DNA from: a virus
Taxonomy: Duplodnaviria > Heunggongvirae > Uroviricota > Caudoviricetes
Direction: 5' to 3' (one strand)
Length of the DNA: 5,245 bases
Virus record (IMG/VR): IMGVR_UViG_2695420539_000011
Coordinates: 1-5,245 of that record
How positions within the stretch are numbered: the stretch's first letter is position 1; each line of letters starts with the position of its first letter. Under the pieces are notes generated by a model. That model was not told the DNA's origin, searched no databases, and saw only the letters and a list, made by a program, of their open reading frames with translations. Shown piece after piece: positions 1 to 5,245 of the stretch. The position numbers and the translations under genes were made by a program.

Positions 1-1176
1 ATGTTTGCTGCATTTCGTAAGGCGATGCACAAAGCCGGATTGCGCTGGTATGGCGTGCGGGTGGCTGAGCCGCATCATGACGGTACAGTTCACTGGCACC
101 TGTTGTGTTTTATGCGCAAAAAAGATCGCCGCACCATTACTGCTTTGTTGCGTAAGTTTGCCATTCGTGAAGACCGCGAGGAGCTGGGTAATAACACGGG
201 ACCACGCTTTAAGTCTGAGCTGATAAACCCGCGCAAAGGTACGCCAACAAGCTACATCGCGAAATACATCAGTAAGAACATTGACGGGCGTGGTCTGGCT
301 GGCGAGATCAGCAAGGAAACGGGTAAATCCCTGCGTGATAACGCTGAATACGTTAATGCCTGGGCGTCTCTGCATCGTGTTCAGCAATTCCGCTTCTTTG
401 GCATTCCGGGGCGTCAGGCTTACCGTGAACTGCGATTGCTGGCTGGTCAGGCGGCAAGGCAGCAGGGGGACAAAAAAGCAGGTGCGCCGGTACTGGATAA
501 CCCGCGCCTTGATGCAATCCTGGCTGCTGCTGATGCTGGTTGTTTTGCCACCTACATCATGAAGCAGGGCGGCGTACTGGTTCCCCGCAAATATCACCTC
601 ATCAGAACTGCTTATGAAATCAACGAAGAGCCGACCGCATATGGCGATCACGGTATTCGTATTTATGGCATCTGGTCACCCATTGCAGAGGGCAAGATCT
701 GCACTCATGCCGTGAAGTGGAAAATGGTTCGTAAGGCCGTTGACGTTCAGGAGGCGGCAGCCGACCAGGGCGCTTGCGCCCCTTGGACTCGTGGCAATAA
801 CTGTCCCCTTGCTGAAAATTTGTACCAACAAGGGAAAGACAAATCAGCTGATGGAGATACCAGAACGGATATCACCCGCATGGATGACAAGGAGTTGCAC
901 GATTACCTGCACAGTATGAGCAAAAAAGAGCGCCGGGAACTGGCAGCAAGGTTACGCCTGGTGAAACCGAAACGGCGTAAAGACTACAAACAGCGAATTA
1001 CAGACCATCAGCGACTGCAGCTCGTGTATGAACTGAAGTCCAGGGGATTTGATGGCAGCGAGAAAGAGGTCGATTTACTCCTTCGCGGCGGCAGTATTCC
1101 GTCGGGAGCAGGCCTGCGTATCTTCTATCGGAACCAGCGTTTGCAGGAAGATGATAAGTGGCGAAACCTGTATTAA
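1..1176 (+). CDS. A: Replication initiation endonuclease (P2 gpA-like rolling-circle Rep, HUH superfamily); 5' end lies outside the window, C-terminal ~391 codons present
   Basis: Open frame runs from window edge to TAA at 1174-1176. Contains HUH-type motif V-H-W-H-L-L (His codons at 91-93 and 97-99) and paired tyrosines in SYIAKYISK (Tyr codons 253-255 and 265-267), very like the phiX174 gpA / P2 gpA active-site motif Y-x-x-K-Y. Position immediately upstream of the DinI-like gene as in P2-family phages. Confidence 0.85.
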   Translation: MFAAFRKAMHKAGLRWYGVRVAEPHHDGTVHWHLLCFMRKKDRRTITALLRKFAIREDREELGNNTGPRFKSELINPRKGTPTSYIAKYISKNIDGRGLAGEISKETGKSLRDNAEYVNAWASLHRVQQFRFFGIPGRQAYRELRLLAGQAARQQGDKKAGAPVLDNPRLDAILAAADAGCFATYIMKQGGVLVPRKYHLIRTAYEINEEPTAYGDHGIRIYGIWSPIAEGKICTHAVKWKMVRKAVDVQEAAADQGACAPWTRGNNCPLAENLYQQGKDKSADGDTRTDITRMDDKELHDYLHSMSKKERRELAARLRLVKPKRRKDYKQRITDHQRLQLVYELKSRGFDGSEKEVDLLLRGGSIPSGAGLRIFYRNQRLQEDDKWRNLY

Positions 1177-1268
1177 TTACGCGGGTTAACAATTCGTGCT
1201 CTTAATAATACCAGGCATATCAGGCTGATGAGCGTAAAAAAACGTTTTACATCAGTAAGATTATTATA

Positions 1269-1288
1269 TACTGTAAATATAAACAGTG
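1269..1288. promoter_or_regulatory. LexA (SOS) box, TACTGTAAATATAAACAGTG, within an AT-rich promoter region upstream of the small-ORF/DinI-like module
   Basis: Perfect CTGT-N8-ACAG core (CTGT 1271-1274, 8-nt AT-rich spacer, ACAG 1283-1286) with flanking TA...TG, matching the E. coli LexA operator consensus TACTG(TA)5CAGTA. Lies about 40 nt upstream of the RBS/ATG at 1319-1331. Exact -35/-10 hexamers could not be assigned unambiguously. Confidence 0.65.
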
Positions 1289-1328
1289 GTTATGTATACA
1301 GTATTGCTTTGGTGTCATAGGAGGAAAG

Positions 1329-1517
1329 ATGCAGGACTATTTTTTGGAGTCTTTGAAGCTCCAGCGCATTGATTTTTTTCTTAAGCTTGTAGCGGCTAGT
1401 GAGTGTAGTGATGAAGAGAAGGGGCTGGCTCTGCAGTGGGTTTCTGAACTGACAGATGAACTCATGGCAAAAATCAGAACCCACGAATACAACCGCTCAA
1501 TGGATGTCATCAGCTGA
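1329..1517 (+). CDS. Small hypothetical protein (62 aa); possibly the N-terminal portion of a 186 Tum-like antirepressor split from the downstream DinI-like ORF
   Basis: ATG at 1329 preceded by a strong Shine-Dalgarno AGGAGG (1319-1324). Stop TGA 1515-1517 overlaps the RBS of the next gene. Sits directly downstream of the LexA box. Function not recognisable from sequence. Confidence 0.45.
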   Translation: MQDYFLESLKLQRIDFFLKLVAASECSDEEKGLALQWVSELTDELMAKIRTHEYNRSMDVIS

Positions 1518-1527
1518 GGTGACTTTT

Positions 1528-1761
1528 ATGCGCATTGAAATAATGATCGATAAAGAGCAGAAGATTAGCCAGTCTACACTGGACGCCCTTGAATCCGAGC
1601 TTTACCGCAATCTGCGCCCCCTGTATCCCAAAACGGTAATTCGTATCCGCAAAGGTAGCTCTAACGGTGTGGAACTTACCGGATTGCAACTGGACGAAGA
1701 AAGAAAACAAGTGATGAAAATTATGCAGAAGGTGTGGGAAGACGACAGCTGGCTGCATTAA
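1528..1761 (+). CDS. DinI-family protein (77 aa; similar to E. coli DinI, to the C-terminal domain of 186 Tum and, I believe, to P2 Orf91)
   Basis: Product MRIEIMIDKEQKISQSTLDALESELYRNL...ERKQVMKIMQKVWEDDSWLH aligns by eye along its length with E. coli DinI (MRIEVTIAKTSPLPAGAIDALAGELSRRI...KQRISEILQETWESADDWF). RBS GAGGTG at 1516-1521, 6 nt before the ATG at 1528. Stop TAA 1759-1761. The track's longer 1456 start was set aside because DinI homology begins exactly at MRIE and there is an RBS in front of 1528. Confidence 0.8.
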   Translation: MRIEIMIDKEQKISQSTLDALESELYRNLRPLYPKTVIRIRKGSSNGVELTGLQLDEERKQVMKIMQKVWEDDSWLH

Positions 1762-1849
1762 GAAACGTTGCTGGCGTCTGAACCTGCTTCTGGCGTCAGC
1801 AAGGTTGAACCGCGAGCCTTGAGAGGCGTTAACCATAAGTAAAAAGACA

Positions 1850-1972
1850 GTAATCATTTGATTATCTATCAGGGCGAGACCTATGCTGCACTTTTAGTTA
1901 TAACTCATAATGTATTGAAATTATTAGAATATATGTCATTCTTAAAATGTGTATGCTTATCAAGGAGCAAGA
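1850..1972 (+). promoter_or_regulatory. AT-rich upstream region of the cargo gene, presumed to contain its promoter; RBS AAGGAG at 1962-1967
   Basis: Very AT-rich stretch with several imperfect -35/-10-like hexamers (for example TTGAAA 1915-1920, CATAAT 1906-1911, TAGAAT 1925-1930), none in a convincing pairing, so the exact promoter is not called. The RBS is clear. Confidence 0.3.
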
Positions 1973-2845
1973 ATGAAACGTGGCATTGTAGCTAATCCTA
2001 ATGAAATGAGTTTTCATAGAAATAATAGTACGGTCTATCTTGGGGCAGGTTTAACTGAGCAGGATATTAATTATTTCTGCTTTTACTGGGATGATGTGGT
2101 TATTCTAGATAGTGAAAATATTCACTCGATTGTGCCTAAAGAAAAAGAATTATTAGATAATGGGGTATTACGTAGACCTATTATGAAACATGATGGTATG
2201 CTGAATATCCAAGACTTTCCATTTTTATATACGGAATTTCAGTTGCAGACATTGGATGAATTCAGGAAGAACGAGCCTGCTACTTATTGGCACTTTCATC
2301 AAACAGGGGAAAATTTAATATATGATAAAGAACAGAAAACGGCCCTTCAGTTGAGATTGGAGTTGTTTAATGTTCTGAGAATTCCTGATAAAGATGCTCA
2401 TATAGAAGATATATTACGTTTTAAAGATGATTGTCAGGATGATCTTAATGCGTTACATGAGTACTTAGAAAAACTGTATACTGAAGTCCTTTATTCTAGA
2501 GACCCTAATCTAACGAGGGCTAAAAATTTTTCTTTATTACAAGAGGCTGTAGTTAATCTTGATAAAGCTATCGAAGGGAAATGGAGAAATCCTATCAGAA
2601 TGGGAGTCAAAGCCAATCCAGAAGTAGATGGTGGGCAGGTTATGGAATTTTTAAAACCGTTGTACCATGCTGCTATTGCTGGTTATTCAGGCGGTATTAT
2701 TCCCGGTATGGTTACAGCCTTGGCAACCGCAATTCCAAGTTTTATAAAATTCCAACCAGAATGGGTGGGCTTTAGAGATAAGGGGCCTAAAGAATTAGCT
2801 TATCTTACCAAAGCAACGCATAAGGGGTTGATTAAGAGAGCTTAA
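1973..2845 (+). CDS. Hypothetical protein, 290 aa, AT-rich cargo gene at the tin/old-equivalent position; candidate phage-defence or exclusion protein with a C-terminal hydrophobic (putative transmembrane) segment
   Basis: Long uninterrupted ORF. ATG at 1973 with RBS AAGGAG 5 nt upstream; the track's GTG at 1949 is in frame but lacks an RBS. Stop TAA 2843-2845. Marked drop in GC relative to the flanking phage genes. Hydrophobic, Gly/Ala-rich stretch around residues 227-259 (AAIAGYSGGIIPGMVTALATAIPSFI). I recognise no similarity to any protein family. Confidence 0.7.
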   Translation: MKRGIVANPNEMSFHRNNSTVYLGAGLTEQDINYFCFYWDDVVILDSENIHSIVPKEKELLDNGVLRRPIMKHDGMLNIQDFPFLYTEFQLQTLDEFRKNEPATYWHFHQTGENLIYDKEQKTALQLRLELFNVLRIPDKDAHIEDILRFKDDCQDDLNALHEYLEKLYTEVLYSRDPNLTRAKNFSLLQEAVVNLDKAIEGKWRNPIRMGVKANPEVDGGQVMEFLKPLYHAAIAGYSGGIIPGMVTALATAIPSFIKFQPEWVGFRDKGPKELAYLTKATHKGLIKRA

Positions 2846-2946
2846 GGCATTTTAATCGATTTTCGCAACTATATTCCTTCGTAACCACACAAGTGCATGA
2901 CTATGCCGCATGAATCCGCATGATCGTTTGAGGATCGTTTTAGCTG

Positions 2947-2976
2947 AGGCCCGCTAGGAATGGCGGGCCTTTGCTT
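2947..2976 (+). terminator. Putative rho-independent terminator for the cargo gene transcript
   Basis: GC-rich inverted repeat AGGCCCGC (2947-2954) / GCGGGCCT (2963-2970) with an 8-nt loop, followed by a T-rich tail TTTGCTT (to 2976). About 100 nt downstream of the cargo gene stop. Confidence 0.5.
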
Positions 2977-3017
2977 ATGTCATGCAGGCGCATGAAAACC
3001 ACTACATAAAGCGGGCA

Positions 3018-3036
3018 GGCGTGGCGGGGATACGAG
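3018..3036. other. Putative cos (cohesive end) site of the P2/186 type: GGCGTGGCGGGGATACGAG
   Basis: From memory, the first 13 nt (GGCGTGGCGGGGA) match the 19-nt cohesive end of phage 186 (GGCGTGGCGGGGAAAGCAT) and nearly match P2 (GGCGAGGCGGGGAAAGCAC). Located about 160 bp beyond the end of Q, in the expected orientation and position. The last 6 nt diverge, so exact termini are uncertain. Confidence 0.4.
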
Positions 3037-3120
3037 CGCGCGCAACGGGGTAAAATGGCCAAAATCCGGCGCAGCCTCTGGCCCGCTGGCAGCCTCATTT
3101 TGCGTAGGGGGAAAATGTCA

Positions 3121-3160
3121 GGACAAAAAGAAACGCCCCGCAGAATGCTGCTGGGGCGTT
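3121..3160 (-). terminator. Putative rho-independent terminator of the P-Q packaging operon
   Basis: Inverted repeat AACGCCCCGCAG (3132-3143) / CTGC(T)GGGGCGTT (3148-3160) with a 4-nt loop and one bulged T. On the minus strand it is followed by the T-rich run TCTTTTTGTCC (reverse complement of 3121-3131). Lies 35 nt downstream of the Q stop. Confidence 0.55.
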
Positions 3161-3195
3161 GTGAGAATTGGTCAGTTATTGATGTTGTGAGTATG

Positions 3196-4242
3196 TCAGC
3201 CTCGTTTGCTCTTAAGTCCTAAGTCATAGGTTTCAAAACGGATCACCTTTTCACCCAGCCAGTTGTTAAGCTCCAGCAGTCGCTTTTGCAGTGGCATCAG
3301 CTCATTGCGGACGAAAACACGGCTCGCCTTTTCCACATCACCGAAGCCGCCAGTGTTGTTGGGAATGATACCCATCATTTGCGGCGGTACGCGGTGTGCC
3401 GCCATCATGTCGTCCCGACTCACGTTCTTGATGTTCAGAAATTCATCCTTCGCCGCGACTTCCGACAACGGGATGATCTGAAGCCCGTCCTTTTTGCCGT
3501 TAGGCGAGTACATAAACAGGTTACGGAAGTTACCAGGACCTTTGGCACTTTTCATTGCGTTGCGGAGGTTGTTCACATCCTCCTGGTTCTGCGCGGCGTC
3601 GGTCATGTACATGATGAAGCCCGCATGGCTGCCGTTAATGTAATACTTCCGGCGGAACAGCGTGGCGGACTCGTTGAGCAGGGCGGATGGAATGGCAGAA
3701 AGGTAACCTGGCAGACCATAAATCTCCTGGTTGATATCCGGCTCCATCAGGTGGAAGACGTTACCTTTTGTGAACTGATACGGCTGTGTCGTCAGGCTGT
3801 ATTGCACAAACCAGTAGGTATCCAGGTCTAACCCGCGTCGGGTGTATTTTGCCAGCGCAGGTTCAAGGGCGATAACTTCACCGAAGCGGTTCGTGCGTTT
3901 CTCCAGGTAGGCGTTACCAAATACCAGATAGTCCTGCACAAAACGTGAAAAAGCCTGCTGGCTGAGCAGTGGGTGAGGGATATAGGTGCTGGTCAGAATG
4001 TTGCACTTTACTGCAATCGGTGAGCTGTGGTGTACGGCGGCGCGGAATGTTCGCGCCAGGCCGTCGAAACTCACAGGCGGCTCATACCAGCGGTCCATCT
4101 GTACGCATTCCACATAGTCCAGCAGTTCGCGGCGGTCAAGTACTGGAACGGGATCACCGAAGCTGAATGCTTCGGCTGAAGTCTGGCTTTTATGCTGAAT
4201 CTGGTTCGTCGACGCAGCGCGGTTCTTCTTACTCTTTCCCAT
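3196..4242 (-). CDS. Q: Portal protein (P2 gpQ-like), 348 aa
   Basis: Minus-strand ORF of portal-typical size immediately downstream of the terminase gene, with the P2-family gene order cos-Q-P. ATG at 4240-4242 (minus strand) with GGAG 8 nt upstream; the track's 4245 start is an in-frame TTG one codon earlier. Stop TGA at 3196-3198. Confidence 0.85.
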   Translation of the reverse strand: MGKSKKNRAASTNQIQHKSQTSAEAFSFGDPVPVLDRRELLDYVECVQMDRWYEPPVSFDGLARTFRAAVHHSSPIAVKCNILTSTYIPHPLLSQQAFSRFVQDYLVFGNAYLEKRTNRFGEVIALEPALAKYTRRGLDLDTYWFVQYSLTTQPYQFTKGNVFHLMEPDINQEIYGLPGYLSAIPSALLNESATLFRRKYYINGSHAGFIMYMTDAAQNQEDVNNLRNAMKSAKGPGNFRNLFMYSPNGKKDGLQIIPLSEVAAKDEFLNIKNVSRDDMMAAHRVPPQMMGIIPNNTGGFGDVEKASRVFVRNELMPLQKRLLELNNWLGEKVIRFETYDLGLKSKRG

Positions 4243-5245
4243 CAAAAAATCTCCACAATATTGCTGGTATTGGCGGACTCGCCCTGCAGCGGTTCGTTAA
4301 ACAGTGCGTGCATTGTTGCCCAGGCCAGATCGGCGTGGCTGGCTTCTTCGCTGCGGCTGGCTTCATAGGTCGGGCGGTTGCCGCTGGCGGTGGTTGCGCG
4401 ACGGATTGCCATGAATGACTGCGCAATGTCGGTGTGTCCGGCGTCAAACTCCAGACGGCGGTGGCTGATAATGTCGTAGGCCTTGAGTACCAGGGCATTT
4501 TTAACATTGGGGTTATAGACAAACTCCCGGACGGCAGGAAAGAAAGCTTTCACGTTCTCATAAACCCCGTGACCAACGCCGGTCGAGTCGATACCGATAT
4601 ACGTAACGTTGTACTGTTCGGTGAGTTTTTTGATGGCGTCAGCCTGGGCGCGGAAGTCCATCCCGCGCCACTGGTGACGCTCAAGAATGCGGAACTTACC
4701 ACCCGGCACGGCTGGCGGAGCCACCACCACGCATCCGGCACTGTCGCCGTTCTGCGTACCTTTTGCCGGGTCATAACCGATCCACACTTCGCGCCAGCCA
4801 AACGGGCGCAGCGCCAGTGCATGAAAGTCGGTCCAGACTTCCCAGCTGTCCACCATGCACGCCTGCAGCTCGCTGAGCGGGAACACGGACGCGAGATCGT
4901 CCACGAACTCACACATCAGCAGGTTCTGGTATTCGTCCGGGCTGTACTCCATGCGCAACTGGCCGAGGTCGAACAGGTTACAGCCACCGCGCACCGCATC
5001 TTCCACGGTGACTATCTGGCGGTATTGCCCGTCTGCGCACAGCAGGCCGGGTGCCAGATTGCTGTGGGACAGGTCGATGTCCACCTTGTCAGCTTTGTTG
5101 CGCCCACGGTTGAACAGCGCACCGGACCAGAACGGATAAGCACTGTGGGTCAGACTGGATGGTGTGGAAAAATAGGTCTGCCGCCATTTCTTGTGAATAG
5201 CCATACCGGAAGCCACTTTGCGTAGCTCCTGAAATTTCGGTATCC
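4242..5245 (-). CDS. P: Terminase ATPase / large subunit (P2 gpP-like); C-terminal ~334 codons, 5' end outside the window
   Basis: Minus-strand frame is open from the window edge (no stop between 5216 and 5245; the track's 5216 start is an internal GTG) to TGA at 4242-4244. The C-terminal region is consistent with a terminase nuclease domain. Position directly upstream of, and overlapping, the portal gene. Confidence 0.85.
   Translation of the reverse strand, partial: IPKFQELRKVASGMAIHKKWRQTYFSTPSSLTHSAYPFWSGALFNRGRNKADKVDIDLSHSNLAPGLLCADGQYRQIVTVEDAVRGGCNLFDLGQLRMEYSPDEYQNLLMCEFVDDLASVFPLSELQACMVDSWEVWTDFHALALRPFGWREVWIGYDPAKGTQNGDSAGCVVVAPPAVPGGKFRILERHQWRGMDFRAQADAIKKLTEQYNVTYIGIDSTGVGHGVYENVKAFFPAVREFVYNPNVKNALVLKAYDIISHRRLEFDAGHTDIAQSFMAIRRATTASGNRPTYEASRSEEASHADLAWATMHALFNEPLQGESANTSNIVEIF

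Larger units (their letters stand above)
1..5245. mobile_element. Segment of a P2/186-like prophage: replication gene A 3' end, SOS-regulated DinI/tum-like module, variable cargo island, cos region, portal Q and terminase P
   Basis: Gene order and orientation (A on +, then small accessory genes, then cos-like site, then Q and P on -) match the P2-family right-end/left-end junction. Recognisable DinI-family product, portal-sized (348 aa) and terminase-like ORFs. Inference from synteny and recalled protein families; no database search performed. Confidence 0.8.

Noticed and set aside
5-562. Plus-strand ORFs 5-223 and 281-562 in alternative frames inside gene A
   Set aside because: Fully nested within the long gpA reading frame in other frames, with no RBS or recognisable product; typical shadow ORFs.
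1291-1304. Possible second LexA box (TATGTATACAGTAT)
   Set aside because: Only the ACAG half-site is present; the required CTGT 8 nt upstream is GTGG. Not a credible operator.
1456-1527. Longer 101-aa version of the DinI-like ORF starting at ATG 1456
   Set aside because: DinI homology begins exactly at MRIE (1528), which has a good RBS; the 1456 start has none and overlaps the upstream ORF. The extension is considered only as evidence for a possible ancestral Tum-like fusion.
998-1857. Minus-strand ORFs 998-1192, 1290-1484 and 1510-1857
   Set aside because: Antisense to gene A, the LexA-regulated promoter region and the DinI-like gene. Low-complexity or odd composition products, no RBS, and incompatible with the clear plus-strand genes.
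1949-1972. GTG start at 1949 for the cargo gene (ORF-track start)
   Set aside because: No Shine-Dalgarno precedes it, whereas the ATG at 1973 has AAGGAG 5 nt upstream. The GTG codon is simply in-frame leader sequence.
2174-2191. HEPN-like R-x4-H motif (RPIMKH) in the cargo protein
   Set aside because: A six-residue pattern that occurs frequently by chance; without surrounding HEPN helical context it is not evidence of RNase activity.
2581-2775. 64-aa plus-strand ORF inside the cargo gene in another frame
   Set aside because: Nested shadow ORF with a low-complexity (S/R/W/Y-rich) product; no independent signals.
3085-3115. Short AT stem (CATTTT ... AAAATG) and GCAGCCTC direct repeat near cos
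   Set aside because: Weak 6-bp AT stem and a short 8-bp repeat, within chance expectation; no supporting context.
3263-4418. Plus-strand ORFs 3263-3481, 3286-3831, 3969-4166 and 4167-4418
   Set aside because: Antisense to the portal and terminase genes; arginine/valine/histidine-rich products typical of reverse-frame artefacts in GC-balanced coding DNA.
4229-5225. ORFs 4229-4522 (-), 4550-4912 (-), 4434-5225 (+) and 4855-5139 (+)
   Set aside because: Overlap the terminase reading frame in alternative frames or antisense, with Pro/Arg/Ser/Ala-rich compositions; the terminase frame is the coherent, synteny-supported one.
1-5245. CRISPR arrays, tRNA/rRNA genes, IS elements or integrase/att sites
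   Set aside because: No regularly spaced repeat-spacer pattern, no tRNA-like cloverleaf candidates, and no transposase- or integrase-like ORFs were seen; the window lies internal to the prophage.

Overview
This window reads as a slice of a P2/186-family (Peduovirus-like) prophage of an enterobacterial host, spanning the junction between the early/replication region and the packaging genes. Left to right: the 3' ~1.17 kb of the rolling-circle replication initiator gene A (HUH and Y-x-x-K-Y motifs visible); a perfect LexA (SOS) box in front of a two-ORF module whose second ORF is an unmistakable DinI-family protein (organisation resembles the 186 tum antirepressor locus, here apparently split across two frames); a strongly AT-rich ~1 kb island carrying one 290-aa gene of unrecognisable function with a C-terminal hydrophobic segment; an intergenic region with a + strand terminator, phased direct repeats and a cos-like sequence; then, on the minus strand, a terminator, the portal gene Q and the 3' part of the terminase ATPase gene P, with P stop and Q start overlapping. 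The AT-rich gene occupies the position held by tin/old in P2, an established hotspot for anti-phage cargo, and is the best candidate for an undescribed defence or exclusion system. No rRNA, tRNA, CRISPR array or IS element was seen. All calls come from reading the sequence and the ORF track, and from recalled protein families; no searches were run.
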